Below are positions 55,107-63,928 of a DNA stretch of 64,000 bases, in pieces. How positions within the stretch are numbered: the stretch's first letter is position 1; every line of letters begins with the position of its first letter. This DNA is from a virus (lineage: Duplodnaviria; Caudoviricetes), in the IMG/VR virus record IMGVR_UViG_3300014205_000003, positions 1-64,000 of that record. The stretch is one strand, 5' to 3'. The translations under genes were made by a program, and so were the position numbers. The notes beneath the pieces are model-generated. The model searched no databases and was not told the DNA's origin. It worked only from the letters and a program-made list of their open reading frames with translations.

Positions 55107-55970
55107 TTACCTTCAAACAGCTCTGATGACTTTCACGAGCTCGTCTCAGCTCCTCTCAATCAGCGTCCACCAGCTTGGAGGCTGATTGTCGCTATGGACT
55201 TCCTTGCAGATCTCTCTAAGAATCTGCATCCTCTCTCCGTCGACGAGTATCTCATGCAAGCTGCTAGATACTACAGAGAAACCAAACTCTGCTCTCTAGA
55301 TCCCTCAAGGAGATTCAAAGCTGTTCCAGAAATCAAATGGGCCTTCAAGACTTATGGTCAATCTGGAGCAATGGGAATCCGCTGGACTACAGAAGCCCTA
55401 ATGATTGGCGGAATGGACGACGACAACATTGCTAAACTTACAGGAACCTCTGAAGATATCGTAAAGGCCTACAGGAAGATCTTCTTCGATGTCGATGGTT
55501 TCTTAAGCTCTAAAGATCTGGTCTATGCTTGTGTAATCCCTCAGAGCTTTGGCAACGCTAACTCGTATAACATTTGGGACTTCACCTGGAAGACTATTGC
55601 TCTTGAGTGTGGTGCAGAAGAGTTCTTAAAGATTCGTAGAGCAGACGTAAACATCTCTAAGGATCAAGTAAAGTTACTCAAGCATCAGCAGATGGTCAAA
55701 TCTCTTATATCATCTGGACACTTGCTTTCGGATAACAGATTAGCTTTTACTCAGGAAGCTCAAGGACTTATCGGAGTTGCGCAGAACTACTGGAAGCTCT
55801 CTCAAGCAGACACTCAGGAAATTCCTAAGCACGACGCAGCAGATGCGTTCTTCAATCGCGTAGTTCCGTACATTCAGGTAACTCTGCAGAATGCTGAACT
55901 CTTGACAGAAGCTAATTCCAATGGCAGATATCGAGAGATGGTTCCTGTACAACAACTTCTCAATGCTTGA
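55095..55970 (+). CDS. Conserved-looking helical protein with HTH-like segment
   Basis: NIAKLTGTSEDIVKAYRKIFFDV. Confidence 0.6.
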   Translation: MRNYLPSNSSDDFHELVSAPLNQRPPAWRLIVAMDFLADLSKNLHPLSVDEYLMQAARYYRETKLCSLDPSRRFKAVPEIKWAFKTYGQSGAMGIRWTTEALMIGGMDDDNIAKLTGTSEDIVKAYRKIFFDVDGFLSSKDLVYACVIPQSFGNANSYNIWDFTWKTIALECGAEEFLKIRRADVNISKDQVKLLKHQQMVKSLISSGHLLSDNRLAFTQEAQGLIGVAQNYWKLSQADTQEIPKHDAADAFFNRVVPYIQVTLQNAELLTEANSNGRYREMVPVQQLLNA

Positions 55971-55977
55971 GGATCAG

Positions 55978-56298
55978 ATGAAAACTGTAAATGATTATCT
56001 AATAGACTGTCATGAGAAGAAGTTGGTAGATGTTGTAACTGTTTTGAAGGCGCAAAGTATTGCGTCTGTCCTAGAACGTAAGGGGTTAGATCCCGATGTT
56101 ACTGTAGGTGCTAACCAGTCTATTATGCTTGCTCTAGATAATGGAAACAAGCACTTAGAGTTTGAGTGTCTACCAGATGGTACGATTGAGTACTTCTTTC
56201 TATACAGAGATACAAACAAGATGTTAGACGGTGATATTGAGTTCTTAACGCAAGAACCTCTCTTTCATCTTTTGACTTTATTTTCTCAGCAGACATAG
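55978..56298 (+). CDS. Hypothetical protein
   Basis: GAGG RBS. Confidence 0.5.
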   Translation: MKTVNDYLIDCHEKKLVDVVTVLKAQSIASVLERKGLDPDVTVGANQSIMLALDNGNKHLEFECLPDGTIEYFFLYRDTNKMLDGDIEFLTQEPLFHLLTLFSQQT

Positions 56299-56351
56299 AC
56301 TTATATATTAGATACTGACAGCTCGTAGTCTTCGAACTAAGGAAATATCTC

Positions 56352-57929
56352 ATGGGTCGCCTCAGCTCTAAAGAAGAACAGCGCTTGGTAGATGCAGTCG
56401 CTCGCTCCATCGAACAAGTGAACTCTGGCAGTTCACCCAACGATGCTATTGAGAAAGTTGCTCGAGAAGAGAAGTACAATCCTAACTTCATTCGACAGAT
56501 GGTTGCTGCTTTCAACAAGTCTGCTTCCATCGCTAAGTTTACCAAGGAAGCTTCTCCAGAGAAACGTAAAGATACCTTCGAACTCGCAGATGCTCAGATC
56601 ATATGCCGCAGAATCTTTCCACCGATTGAAAAGACCGCTGAAGAAGTTAAGTGTGAAACACCTAGCTTTGAGATCAAAGCTTCCACAATGGAAAAAGCTG
56701 CGACGGCCTTGGAAGACTACAGCGCATATAAAGGTCTGTCCTATGCCAATATGATTTCTCGTATTGACAAGTGTCGCTCAGCACACAATCTTCTCTCTAC
56801 TAGCTTGAAGAACAAAGAAGCTGCCGCAATGGTAGACTTTGAAGAGACTGTAGATAAACTGGTTAAACACTCTCTCACTCTCGCTCCTGTAGAGTTTCAG
56901 AAGTTTGCGAGATTGACTGTCAATGGCTTTCCGATGACAGGTGAGAAGATGCTCAAACTCATCTCTATCAAGAGTGGACGAGCTCTTCCAAGTGATCTTC
57001 AGAAGACTGCTTCTGCTGCTGTTTTCCCTGCTAAAGAACCCTATTTCAGCTTGGCAAGTGCACATCTGTGCGCGGAATCGCTGGTTCGTGCACATAGGGA
57101 ACGTGACAGCTTTTCCAAGTACGCTGAAGGTTTTGTGAGCAATGCTCTGGATTCTCTTGGTTCAACTATTTCAGATGCGGCTGGCTTGTTCTCCAGTAAG
57201 GATGACAAGAAGGAAGTTGCTAAAGCTAAGACGCCTGAACTGGATCTCGATCCGCAGTTCTTCAATGCTCTGAAGGAAGTCGATTCTAGGAAAGCCTTTG
57301 CAGACTTGGCGTTGTATGATCCAGACTTGAAGCAACACGACATTCCTACACTGATTGGAGCATTCAACAGCGCTGTGCAGAGTGTTCCTGAAGCGGCTAC
57401 AAATCCTCCTGCCTTGAAGACCTTGATGCTTCAGCGAATCAACACAGGCAACCTGCAGGACACTTTCCAGATCGGACAGGAACAAGCACTTGGGAAGAAC
57501 CTGCAGTCGTCTGCTACGTCTGCCAAAGCGGCTCTTGATATGCTCAAAGAGAAGCTCAAGGCTAAGACAGAAGGTGCTCAGGACTGGTGGGAGAAAGAGA
57601 AGAAGCCTGCGGCGGCTCCCTCTGAAGGACTTCTCTCTAAGTTGCTTGCTGGTGGCAAAGGTGAGAAGAAGGAAGAGAAGGCTAAGCCTGCTGTAGAAGA
57701 TACTAAGCGCATTGAGCGTCTGATCAAGTCTGAGATGACTGCTACAAATGGTAAGCCCTTGAATATGTATAATGTCATTCAGGGCATGCAGAACAACGCT
57801 GGTGTTACTACAACTCCTCAGCAGATCGACAAGCTTGTTGAAAAAGCAATCAAGGGCGAGGCCTTTGAGGGCGATGAGCAAAAGATCTATGATGCCTTCC
57901 AAGCGGCTAAGAGTATAACTAATCCATGA
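56352..57929 (+). CDS. Head-associated protein with multiple KxA motifs
   Basis: FTKEAS, IEKTAE, MEKAAT, LQKTAS, FSKYAE. Confidence 0.65.
   Translation: MGRLSSKEEQRLVDAVARSIEQVNSGSSPNDAIEKVAREEKYNPNFIRQMVAAFNKSASIAKFTKEASPEKRKDTFELADAQIICRRIFPPIEKTAEEVKCETPSFEIKASTMEKAATALEDYSAYKGLSYANMISRIDKCRSAHNLLSTSLKNKEAAAMVDFEETVDKLVKHSLTLAPVEFQKFARLTVNGFPMTGEKMLKLISIKSGRALPSDLQKTASAAVFPAKEPYFSLASAHLCAESLVRAHRERDSFSKYAEGFVSNALDSLGSTISDAAGLFSSKDDKKEVAKAKTPELDLDPQFFNALKEVDSRKAFADLALYDPDLKQHDIPTLIGAFNSAVQSVPEAATNPPALKTLMLQRINTGNLQDTFQIGQEQALGKNLQSSATSAKAALDMLKEKLKAKTEGAQDWWEKEKKPAAAPSEGLLSKLLAGGKGEKKEEKAKPAVEDTKRIERLIKSEMTATNGKPLNMYNVIQGMQNNAGVTTTPQQIDKLVEKAIKGEAFEGDEQKIYDAFQAAKSITNP
57056..57077. repeat. 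Dispersed palindrome, copy 10 (inside a CDS)
   Basis: AAGTGCACATCTGTGCGCGGAA, a 22-nt match to copy 3. Confidence 0.8.
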
Positions 57930-59398
57930 TCAACAAGTCTGTTACAGCTGCATTCTGGGACAGAGATCTAGAAGCTTCACATCTCATCGATGTAAGCTCT
58001 AAAGGTCTTGAGAAGTCTCAATTGGATAAGTACGCTGCTTCCAGCATCTTCAAGAATGCTGAGATTCATCCTGAAGACGGCTATGCATTCGTACACGTTA
58101 TTACCAATGCCAGTATGGATCACTATGGTCCAAACAGTAATAACGATGGCTTCAACGAAGCGGCTTGTGAATGGGAATTTCCCTGTAAGTGCGGACACCA
58201 GAAGACTGCGATGCTTGGTGGAGGTCTTAAGGAATATCACTCCACCTATATGCAGTACGGCGGTGCCTACAGGAATCACAAGAACTCTAAGAAGACTGAT
58301 CCTTCTACAGGCAAACCCTTTGAGAAGCTTGGAAGTATTGCCGCAGAAGCTTACAATGAAGACATGCACCGTGGCGAACTCATTCTCAAACTTCCTGTCA
58401 ATAAGTGGGGAGATGTTCTTGAGAAAGTAGCTAACAGTGAACCTGTCTGCTGGAGCATGGGTACGGCGGTTCCAACTGACTGCTGCTCAAGGTGTTGCAA
58501 CCGGGCTAAGAAGCGTAGTGACTACTGCGAGCACCTTAGATACGACATGGGTAAGATTGCAGAAGACGGTTCTCGTACCTTTGCTATCAACGATGTAACC
58601 TTCTATCACGACATCTCTGAAGTAGGGATGAATCCTGCTATGAAGGTTGCCTACACGCTTGAGAAGGTTGCAGCCTTTGGAATGATTCCTCAGAAGGACG
58701 AAATCGTACGTGAAGGCTTGTGGCTTCCTCTTGATCTGGTTAAGAAGCTTTCGTCTGAGCGCGAACGTTCTAGGATTGAAGTTCTGCAGAAGCTTGCAGC
58801 TAAGGAGAAAGAAACTCCTACAGAGTCTGATAAGAATCTTAGTGAAGCCTTTGAACACTCTGATGAAGAGCAGACAGATATTGCAGATAAGCTTAAGGGT
58901 GTTCCGCTTGATCAAGTTATCTCTCAAAGCAAGCAACATAAAGTTTTGTTGCCTCCTAAGAGTTTTAGCATTATAGTAATTCGTAGCGGCAAGCCTGCTG
59001 ACGACCAGACTCCTAACTGGTTAGAAGGGGTTCCTGAGAAGCTCAAGAGCATCTTTGGGGATATCCTTCAAGATCCCAACGATACTGAGGAAGTAGCCAG
59101 CGATGGTCACTACTCTCCTTCGTGTCACTTCCCAGATGTTAAGACTTCTCACAAGGTTAAAGATCTTGTACAGGATTTGTCCGTTGACCCTGAACCTGTT
59201 AAACAGAGAGCCATTAAAGCTTCTGTCAAAGGTAAAGAGAAGATGGATAAAAAGGCGTCAAGCTTGTCAGAAGTCGAGGATCAGATGGCTAGAGTGATGG
59301 CAAAGGAATACGCAAAGTATCAACTTGCATTCCTGTCAGACATCAGGACTCCATCAGATTGCTTGTCAATGGTAATAGCGCAAAACAGAGCTGGTTAA
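57926..59398 (+). CDS. Probable prohead maturation protease
   Basis: RNH, WSMG followed by a CCSRC..YCEH Zn motif, DISEV..PA; position before scaffold and capsid. Confidence 0.55.
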   Translation: MINKSVTAAFWDRDLEASHLIDVSSKGLEKSQLDKYAASSIFKNAEIHPEDGYAFVHVITNASMDHYGPNSNNDGFNEAACEWEFPCKCGHQKTAMLGGGLKEYHSTYMQYGGAYRNHKNSKKTDPSTGKPFEKLGSIAAEAYNEDMHRGELILKLPVNKWGDVLEKVANSEPVCWSMGTAVPTDCCSRCCNRAKKRSDYCEHLRYDMGKIAEDGSRTFAINDVTFYHDISEVGMNPAMKVAYTLEKVAAFGMIPQKDEIVREGLWLPLDLVKKLSSERERSRIEVLQKLAAKEKETPTESDKNLSEAFEHSDEEQTDIADKLKGVPLDQVISQSKQHKVLLPPKSFSIIVIRSGKPADDQTPNWLEGVPEKLKSIFGDILQDPNDTEEVASDGHYSPSCHFPDVKTSHKVKDLVQDLSVDPEPVKQRAIKASVKGKEKMDKKASSLSEVEDQMARVMAKEYAKYQLAFLSDIRTPSDCLSMVIAQNRAG

Positions 59399-59413
59399 AA
59401 AAGGTTTCATATC

Positions 59414-60520
59414 ATGGCGAAAACTACTCAGAACGTGCAGGATGCTTTCGATCTCGTGACTTCCATCTACAAAGAAGTCGAAGCTGCGAACTTTCCGAAA
59501 ACTGCAGAAGTGGGCAAAGACATCTCAGCTGGCACGGACAAAGTAAACGACGAAGAGAAGAAAGCTACTCCAGAGTCCCAGAGCGGTGCTGCGAGTGCTG
59601 CGGAAAATGCTAAGGATCAGCCTGGCAAAATGCCTGTGGCTAAAGGTGAGAGCGCGAAGAACACTGGCGCAACTGCTGTGAAGAATACTGAGCTTACTCC
59701 TATCGCTACTGCAGAAAAGCCTGCTGTTGCGAAGAAGGAGGTTGCTGCAATGTCAGATTCTGAGACTAAGACTGCTATGGCGCAGAAACAGGCTCAGGCT
59801 GAACGTCTCATGGACAACATCGTTGGTATCCTGAAGAGTGCTGAAGCTCCTGTGGAAGCCGCTGTTGATCCTCTGCAGAAGGAAGCGATGGACAAAGGTG
59901 CGGAGTATGCGTACTTCTACTACCTTGGTCGCAAGACTCGTCAGGAACACGCGATGGAGCTGAAAGAAGCTAACATTCGCGCTGACCTGCTGGACAAAGT
60001 TGGTGGCATTGATGGTCTGTTGGACAAAGCTGCTGAAGCTGATCCCGGCAGTGTGCTTCCCCCGGAGCTCGCTGGTGCGGCTGGTGCGATGCCTATGGAA
60101 GGTGCTATGCCTGCGGAAGCTGGTATGGAAGCTCCTGCTGAGGGTGGTGGCGACGACGAAGCCGCGCTTGAGCAGATCGCTCAGGTTCTCTCCGAGTCTG
60201 GTGTGAGTGCTGAAGAGCTTGAACAGATGATTCAGCAGATCAGTGCGCTGAAGGCTCAGGGTATGGACGACGAGCAGATCATGCAGGCGCTCTCTGAGTT
60301 GGCTGACGAAGCTGGTGGCGGCGCTGGTGCTCCTGGCGAAGGCGCTCCTGAGACTCCTGCGATGGAAGCTGCTGAAGATCCTGCTGTTGAAGCCGCTGAG
60401 ACTCCTGCTCAGGAAGCCTCTGAGCATCCTGAGAAGACTGCCAGCATCCAGAAGACTGCTGAACAGGTTCGTGCTGGCATCGACATTGCCAAAGCGTTCC
60501 TCCGTAACGGTGGCAAGTAA
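59414..60520 (+). CDS. Probable scaffold protein
   Basis: Acidic and Ala-rich, many KxA motifs, between protease and capsid. Confidence 0.55.
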   Translation: MAKTTQNVQDAFDLVTSIYKEVEAANFPKTAEVGKDISAGTDKVNDEEKKATPESQSGAASAAENAKDQPGKMPVAKGESAKNTGATAVKNTELTPIATAEKPAVAKKEVAAMSDSETKTAMAQKQAQAERLMDNIVGILKSAEAPVEAAVDPLQKEAMDKGAEYAYFYYLGRKTRQEHAMELKEANIRADLLDKVGGIDGLLDKAAEADPGSVLPPELAGAAGAMPMEGAMPAEAGMEAPAEGGGDDEAALEQIAQVLSESGVSAEELEQMIQQISALKAQGMDDEQIMQALSELADEAGGGAGAPGEGAPETPAMEAAEDPAVEAAETPAQEASEHPEKTASIQKTAEQVRAGIDIAKAFLRNGGK

Positions 60521-60551
60521 GCTAGTACCTTGAAAGAATGAGGTACACACT

Positions 60552-60977
60552 ATGAACATTCCAGAAGCTCTCAAAGTTAAGTTGGTAGAACTACTCGAGC
60601 TCAATGACTCGATCAGGGCTGACTACGAGCAGAAAGTGGCTGAACTTGAAGGTAAACTTCAAGAACAGCTGACTAAGACTGCTAGTACAGCTGCCGTGAC
60701 AGTCCCTCAAGAGCTTGTGGAGAAGACAGCAGAAGCACTTACGTATGTAGGTGTGTTCACTAAGAAAGACAAAGCAGAAGTGATTAGTCGTCTAACGTCT
60801 GATCCTACCTTTGCTTTTACTTGCTTGGAGAAACTTGCTGCAATTGAAAAAGACCGTAAGGACACAGTTGTACCGCTGGGCAGAGTGGTGAAGAGCCGCC
60901 CTGCTGCTGGTGATTACAAGTGTGAAAGCGACCGAGTTTGGGACGAAGGCATCAAAGAACTTCGTCAGTACGTTTAA
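60552..60977 (+). CDS. Coiled-coil head/scaffold-associated protein
   Basis: LTKTAS, VEKTAE, LEKLAA. Confidence 0.55.
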   Translation: MNIPEALKVKLVELLELNDSIRADYEQKVAELEGKLQEQLTKTASTAAVTVPQELVEKTAEALTYVGVFTKKDKAEVISRLTSDPTFAFTCLEKLAAIEKDRKDTVVPLGRVVKSRPAAGDYKCESDRVWDEGIKELRQYV

Positions 60978-61003
60978 CAGTTAAGATAGAAAGGGTTTAG
61001 CAA

Positions 61004-61534
61004 ATGGCTACTCCTGCTCAGAGCTACGATCATATCGTCCGCATCTCCAGCGGACCGATCGAGCCGCACACCCTTCAGTACGGTGCGGCTTACAAAGCGG
61101 CGGAAACTTTCGTCGCTGGTGCTTGTGTTTCGATGCATACCGATGGTACCCTTCAGGCTGGTTGCAGCGACACTGCGATGCCGATGTGGGCTATCAACGG
61201 CGTTGCGGACCTCGATGTTCAGGCTGAAGGCATTGCCTATGCTGGTGGTGCTGGCATTAGTGGTGGCAGCGTGAACGCGTATGTTGCTACTGGTGGTTAC
61301 GAGTTGTTTACCACTGAGTACGACAGCGCTACTGGGAATACCTATACTCCCAACTTCCTGCTCACTCCCGCGACTGCTACTGCGGATGTTGGCAAAGTGA
61401 CCTTGGCTGATCAGAATGCGTATTCTGCTCACATGGTCTGCGGCGTGGTCAGCCGTGGTGTCGTGGCCGAAAAGTTCAGCAAGAACGTCCTGTTCTTCTG
61501 GCCGGTGTATCTCCCCGCTTACAATGGTGCCTAA
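61004..61534 (+). CDS. Probable capsid decoration/cement protein
   Basis: 176 aa, beta-rich, G/A/T-rich, directly upstream of the capsid gene. Confidence 0.55.
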   Translation: MATPAQSYDHIVRISSGPIEPHTLQYGAAYKAAETFVAGACVSMHTDGTLQAGCSDTAMPMWAINGVADLDVQAEGIAYAGGAGISGGSVNAYVATGGYELFTTEYDSATGNTYTPNFLLTPATATADVGKVTLADQNAYSAHMVCGVVSRGVVAEKFSKNVLFFWPVYLPAYNGA

Positions 61535-61543
61535 TAAAGGAGG

Positions 61544-62518
61544 ATGACTCATATGTACGATCCTACTGTCAAAGCTAAGAATGCCACCCTCCTGGACTCC
61601 CTCACGTCTACTGACGGGAATCTTCAGAAGGAAGCCGCTGGGAAACTCACCGACTACTTGATCGTCAAAGCTCGTGAAGATGGTATCTTCCGTAAGGTCC
61701 TTCCTCCGACTCCGGTCACGTGGGACGATATGGTTCCCCAGGTTGATAGCCTTAAGCCGGTTATCATCCGTGAAATGCAGCCCGAATCCAATGGCGCGTA
61801 CAGCTTGCCGTTTGGTGGTGTGCCCTATGACACCTTCTTCGGTGCCCCGCGCTATCGGATTACCTTCGATCGCGTCAAGAGCCGTCGAATGACTGCTGAC
61901 GTGATGAACCTCCGTGGCTATACGATGGACATCCGTCAGGTGTTCAACGACCTCCTGCTCAAGGACATCCTTGCTGAGGAAGATCGTAAGTTCATCGTGC
62001 AGTGCAATGCACTCGTTGGTGCGAAAAACTCGACTGCTACTGCGCGTTATACCGCCGTGGCTGCGAAGGGTTACATCGACCTCGGTGGTCCGATTAGCCG
62101 TTCGACCCTCGAGCTGTTCCGCGAAGCTCTTCCGAGCACCAATCGGCACTTGAATCCGGCCCTGGCACTCGTCAACAACGTGACCATCAATCAGGTGATC
62201 ACGCTTGACCGTGCTGCGATCGGTGGTGACATGGCTCAGGATATCCTGCAGGAAGGTTTCTCCAAGAACCGTCTCGTGGGTATGGACTGGATCTCCACTA
62301 TCAAGACCGATCTCGTTCCGAACAACGTCGCGTTCCAGTTCACCACGCCGGAAGCCCTCGGTGACTTCTGCGTGTTGGAAGATGTGACTGTGAGCACGAA
62401 ATCAGAGAATTATTTCTTTGAGATGTTCGCGTATGAAACTATCGGCGGCAGCATTGCGAACGTAGGCGCTTTGGCCAAAGCCTACTTCGGAGGCAGTACT
62501 GCCGGTGCTTGGGTGTAA
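61544..62518 (+). CDS. Major capsid protein (HK97-like, inferred)
   Basis: 324 aa, strongest RBS (AAAGGAGG), strong codon bias, REDGIFRKVLPP and DILAEEDRKF, followed by a terminator. Confidence 0.75.
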   Translation: MTHMYDPTVKAKNATLLDSLTSTDGNLQKEAAGKLTDYLIVKAREDGIFRKVLPPTPVTWDDMVPQVDSLKPVIIREMQPESNGAYSLPFGGVPYDTFFGAPRYRITFDRVKSRRMTADVMNLRGYTMDIRQVFNDLLLKDILAEEDRKFIVQCNALVGAKNSTATARYTAVAAKGYIDLGGPISRSTLELFREALPSTNRHLNPALALVNNVTINQVITLDRAAIGGDMAQDILQEGFSKNRLVGMDWISTIKTDLVPNNVAFQFTTPEALGDFCVLEDVTVSTKSENYFFEMFAYETIGGSIANVGALAKAYFGGSTAGAWV

Positions 62519-62556
62519 GCTGTATCTTACGTAGCTAGAAATAGTTACGGTACTTA

Positions 62557-62585
62557 GAGCCCTCGGAGAAATCCGGGGGCTTTTC
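62557..62585 (+). terminator. Rho-independent terminator
   Basis: AGCCCTCGGA-GAAA-TCCGGGGGCT followed by TTTCATTTT. Confidence 0.85.
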
Positions 62586-62613
62586 ATTTTACATGTTTTC
62601 AAACCACTTATAC

Positions 62614-62663
62614 GAAATGTTTGCGTATGAAACTAAAACCGCTTCTTCGAAATGTTTGCGTAC
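62614..62663 (+). repeat. Two direct repeats resembling capsid codons FFEMFAYET
   Basis: GAAATGTTTGCGTATGAAACT and TTCTTCGAAATGTTTGCGTAC versus capsid 62414-62440. Confidence 0.8.
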
Positions 62664-62688
62664 CTATAAAATAAATTCCACGAACCGC

Positions 62689-62716
62689 TTGACGATGGGG
62701 TGCTTTATGATAAATT
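62689..62716 (+). promoter_or_regulatory. Sigma70-type promoter of the HNH gene
   Basis: TTGACG-N16-TAAATT with extended TG. Confidence 0.5.
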
Positions 62717-62761
62717 ATTCTTAGGTAGAAATTCATCTATCTAAACAAAGGATACTAGAAA

Positions 62762-63808
62762 ATGCGTCCTCTCGAAACCAGAACCTGTGCATGTGGCAAG
62801 ACCTTCCAGATCAAACCGTACAGCAAGCAGCAGTGTTGCAGCTCTGTCTGTGGCGCTAACTTCCGTAAAGGGAAGACAGGCTTTAAGGATATGACAGGCC
62901 TTAAGGTCAACCTGCTTACAGCTACGCGTCAGGCTACGGATGATGACAAGAAGCATCTCCCTGTGATTGCTCAGCAAAAGATTCACTGGGTGTGCACTTG
63001 TGATTGTGGAAAGACGGGGGTTATTGTTGCAGGTGGTGATTTGCGTTCAGGTGCTGTTAAGAGCTGTGGTTGTGCACGTACTAAACGTCACCCTGAAGAC
63101 TATGTCTGCGAAGTCTGTGGAAAGACTTTTTCAGCTATTCCGTATCCTGGACGTCCTCATCGCGCTTGCTCCAATGAGTGCAAGATCCAGCTGGTGGGCG
63201 GTTTCCACAAGCGGAAAGACTATGTAGGGAAGCGATTTGGTCGTCTTACTGTACAGAGTGTTGACGAGACTTTGTCTGCGGCTCTTGATGGACGTAAGCA
63301 CTGCGTGTTGCATCTTAATTGTAAGTGTGACTGTGGTAAAGAGCTTGTTGTGAAAGCAAATGCTCTGAACAATGGTCAGAAGAGCTGTGGATGCTATCGA
63401 AAAGAACTTACTGCAGAGGATAATCGCATCTCTAGTGCTACAACTCTCTATAAGGTGTATGCGAAGAATGCCGCGAATCGTATGCTTCCCTTCGACCTAT
63501 CTCTTTCAGAGTTCATGCATATCGCTGGCCAAAAATGCCACTACTGCGGAGCTTTACCGAACACTCAAGGAAGCTACTGTGATCGTGTACAGGATCGTTC
63601 AAAAGCTTTTCCTGCTACTGGTGTGGACAGAAAGGACGCGAAGCTAGGTTACAGCTTAGAAAATTGCGTCAGCGCATGCTCATCCTGCAACCTTTCGAAG
63701 CAGTCTATGACCTATGATGATTACAGACAGCACCTGCTTAAATCTGCTGCACACATCATTAGTCAAGCAACTGTAGAAGTTATGCCTTCTGCAGAGCTTG
63801 CTGTTTAA
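62762..63808 (+). CDS. Free-standing HNH homing endonuclease with repeated Zn-binding DNA-binding modules
   Basis: Two (CxCG..CS..C + G.RFGRLTV..CDCG..SCGC) modules; C-terminal CHYCG..GVDRKD..GY..ENCV..C..CN..K. Confidence 0.85.
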   Translation: MRPLETRTCACGKTFQIKPYSKQQCCSSVCGANFRKGKTGFKDMTGLKVNLLTATRQATDDDKKHLPVIAQQKIHWVCTCDCGKTGVIVAGGDLRSGAVKSCGCARTKRHPEDYVCEVCGKTFSAIPYPGRPHRACSNECKIQLVGGFHKRKDYVGKRFGRLTVQSVDETLSAALDGRKHCVLHLNCKCDCGKELVVKANALNNGQKSCGCYRKELTAEDNRISSATTLYKVYAKNAANRMLPFDLSLSEFMHIAGQKCHYCGALPNTQGSYCDRVQDRSKAFPATGVDRKDAKLGYSLENCVSACSSCNLSKQSMTYDDYRQHLLKSAAHIISQATVEVMPSAELAV

Positions 63809-63829
63809 GTTACACACGTTTTCTTCTAG

Positions 63830-63862
63830 GAGCCGCTTCTCAGGATATGGGGAGCGGCTCTT
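63830..63862 (+). terminator. Hairpin, probable terminator
   Basis: GAGCCGCTTCTCA..TGGGGAGCGGCTC-TT. Confidence 0.55.
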
Positions 63863-63928
63863 ATGCTTATCCGCTATATTAGGTAGTGTCGCAGTGACAT
63901 TTAAACTGCAAAACAAAGGAATCTAAAC

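Noticed and set aside
6862-57077. Dispersed palindrome as CRISPR repeats or ordinary terminators
   Set aside because: Copies are kilobases apart and in both orientations. The stem is only 4-5 bp and one copy is intragenic. A terminator role is not fully excluded.
60974-62149. Long minus-strand ORFs (also 59753-60604, 52687-53766, 51760-52632, 57171-57902, 47183-47866)
   Set aside because: Antisense shadows of codon-biased plus-strand genes, with no recognisable motifs.
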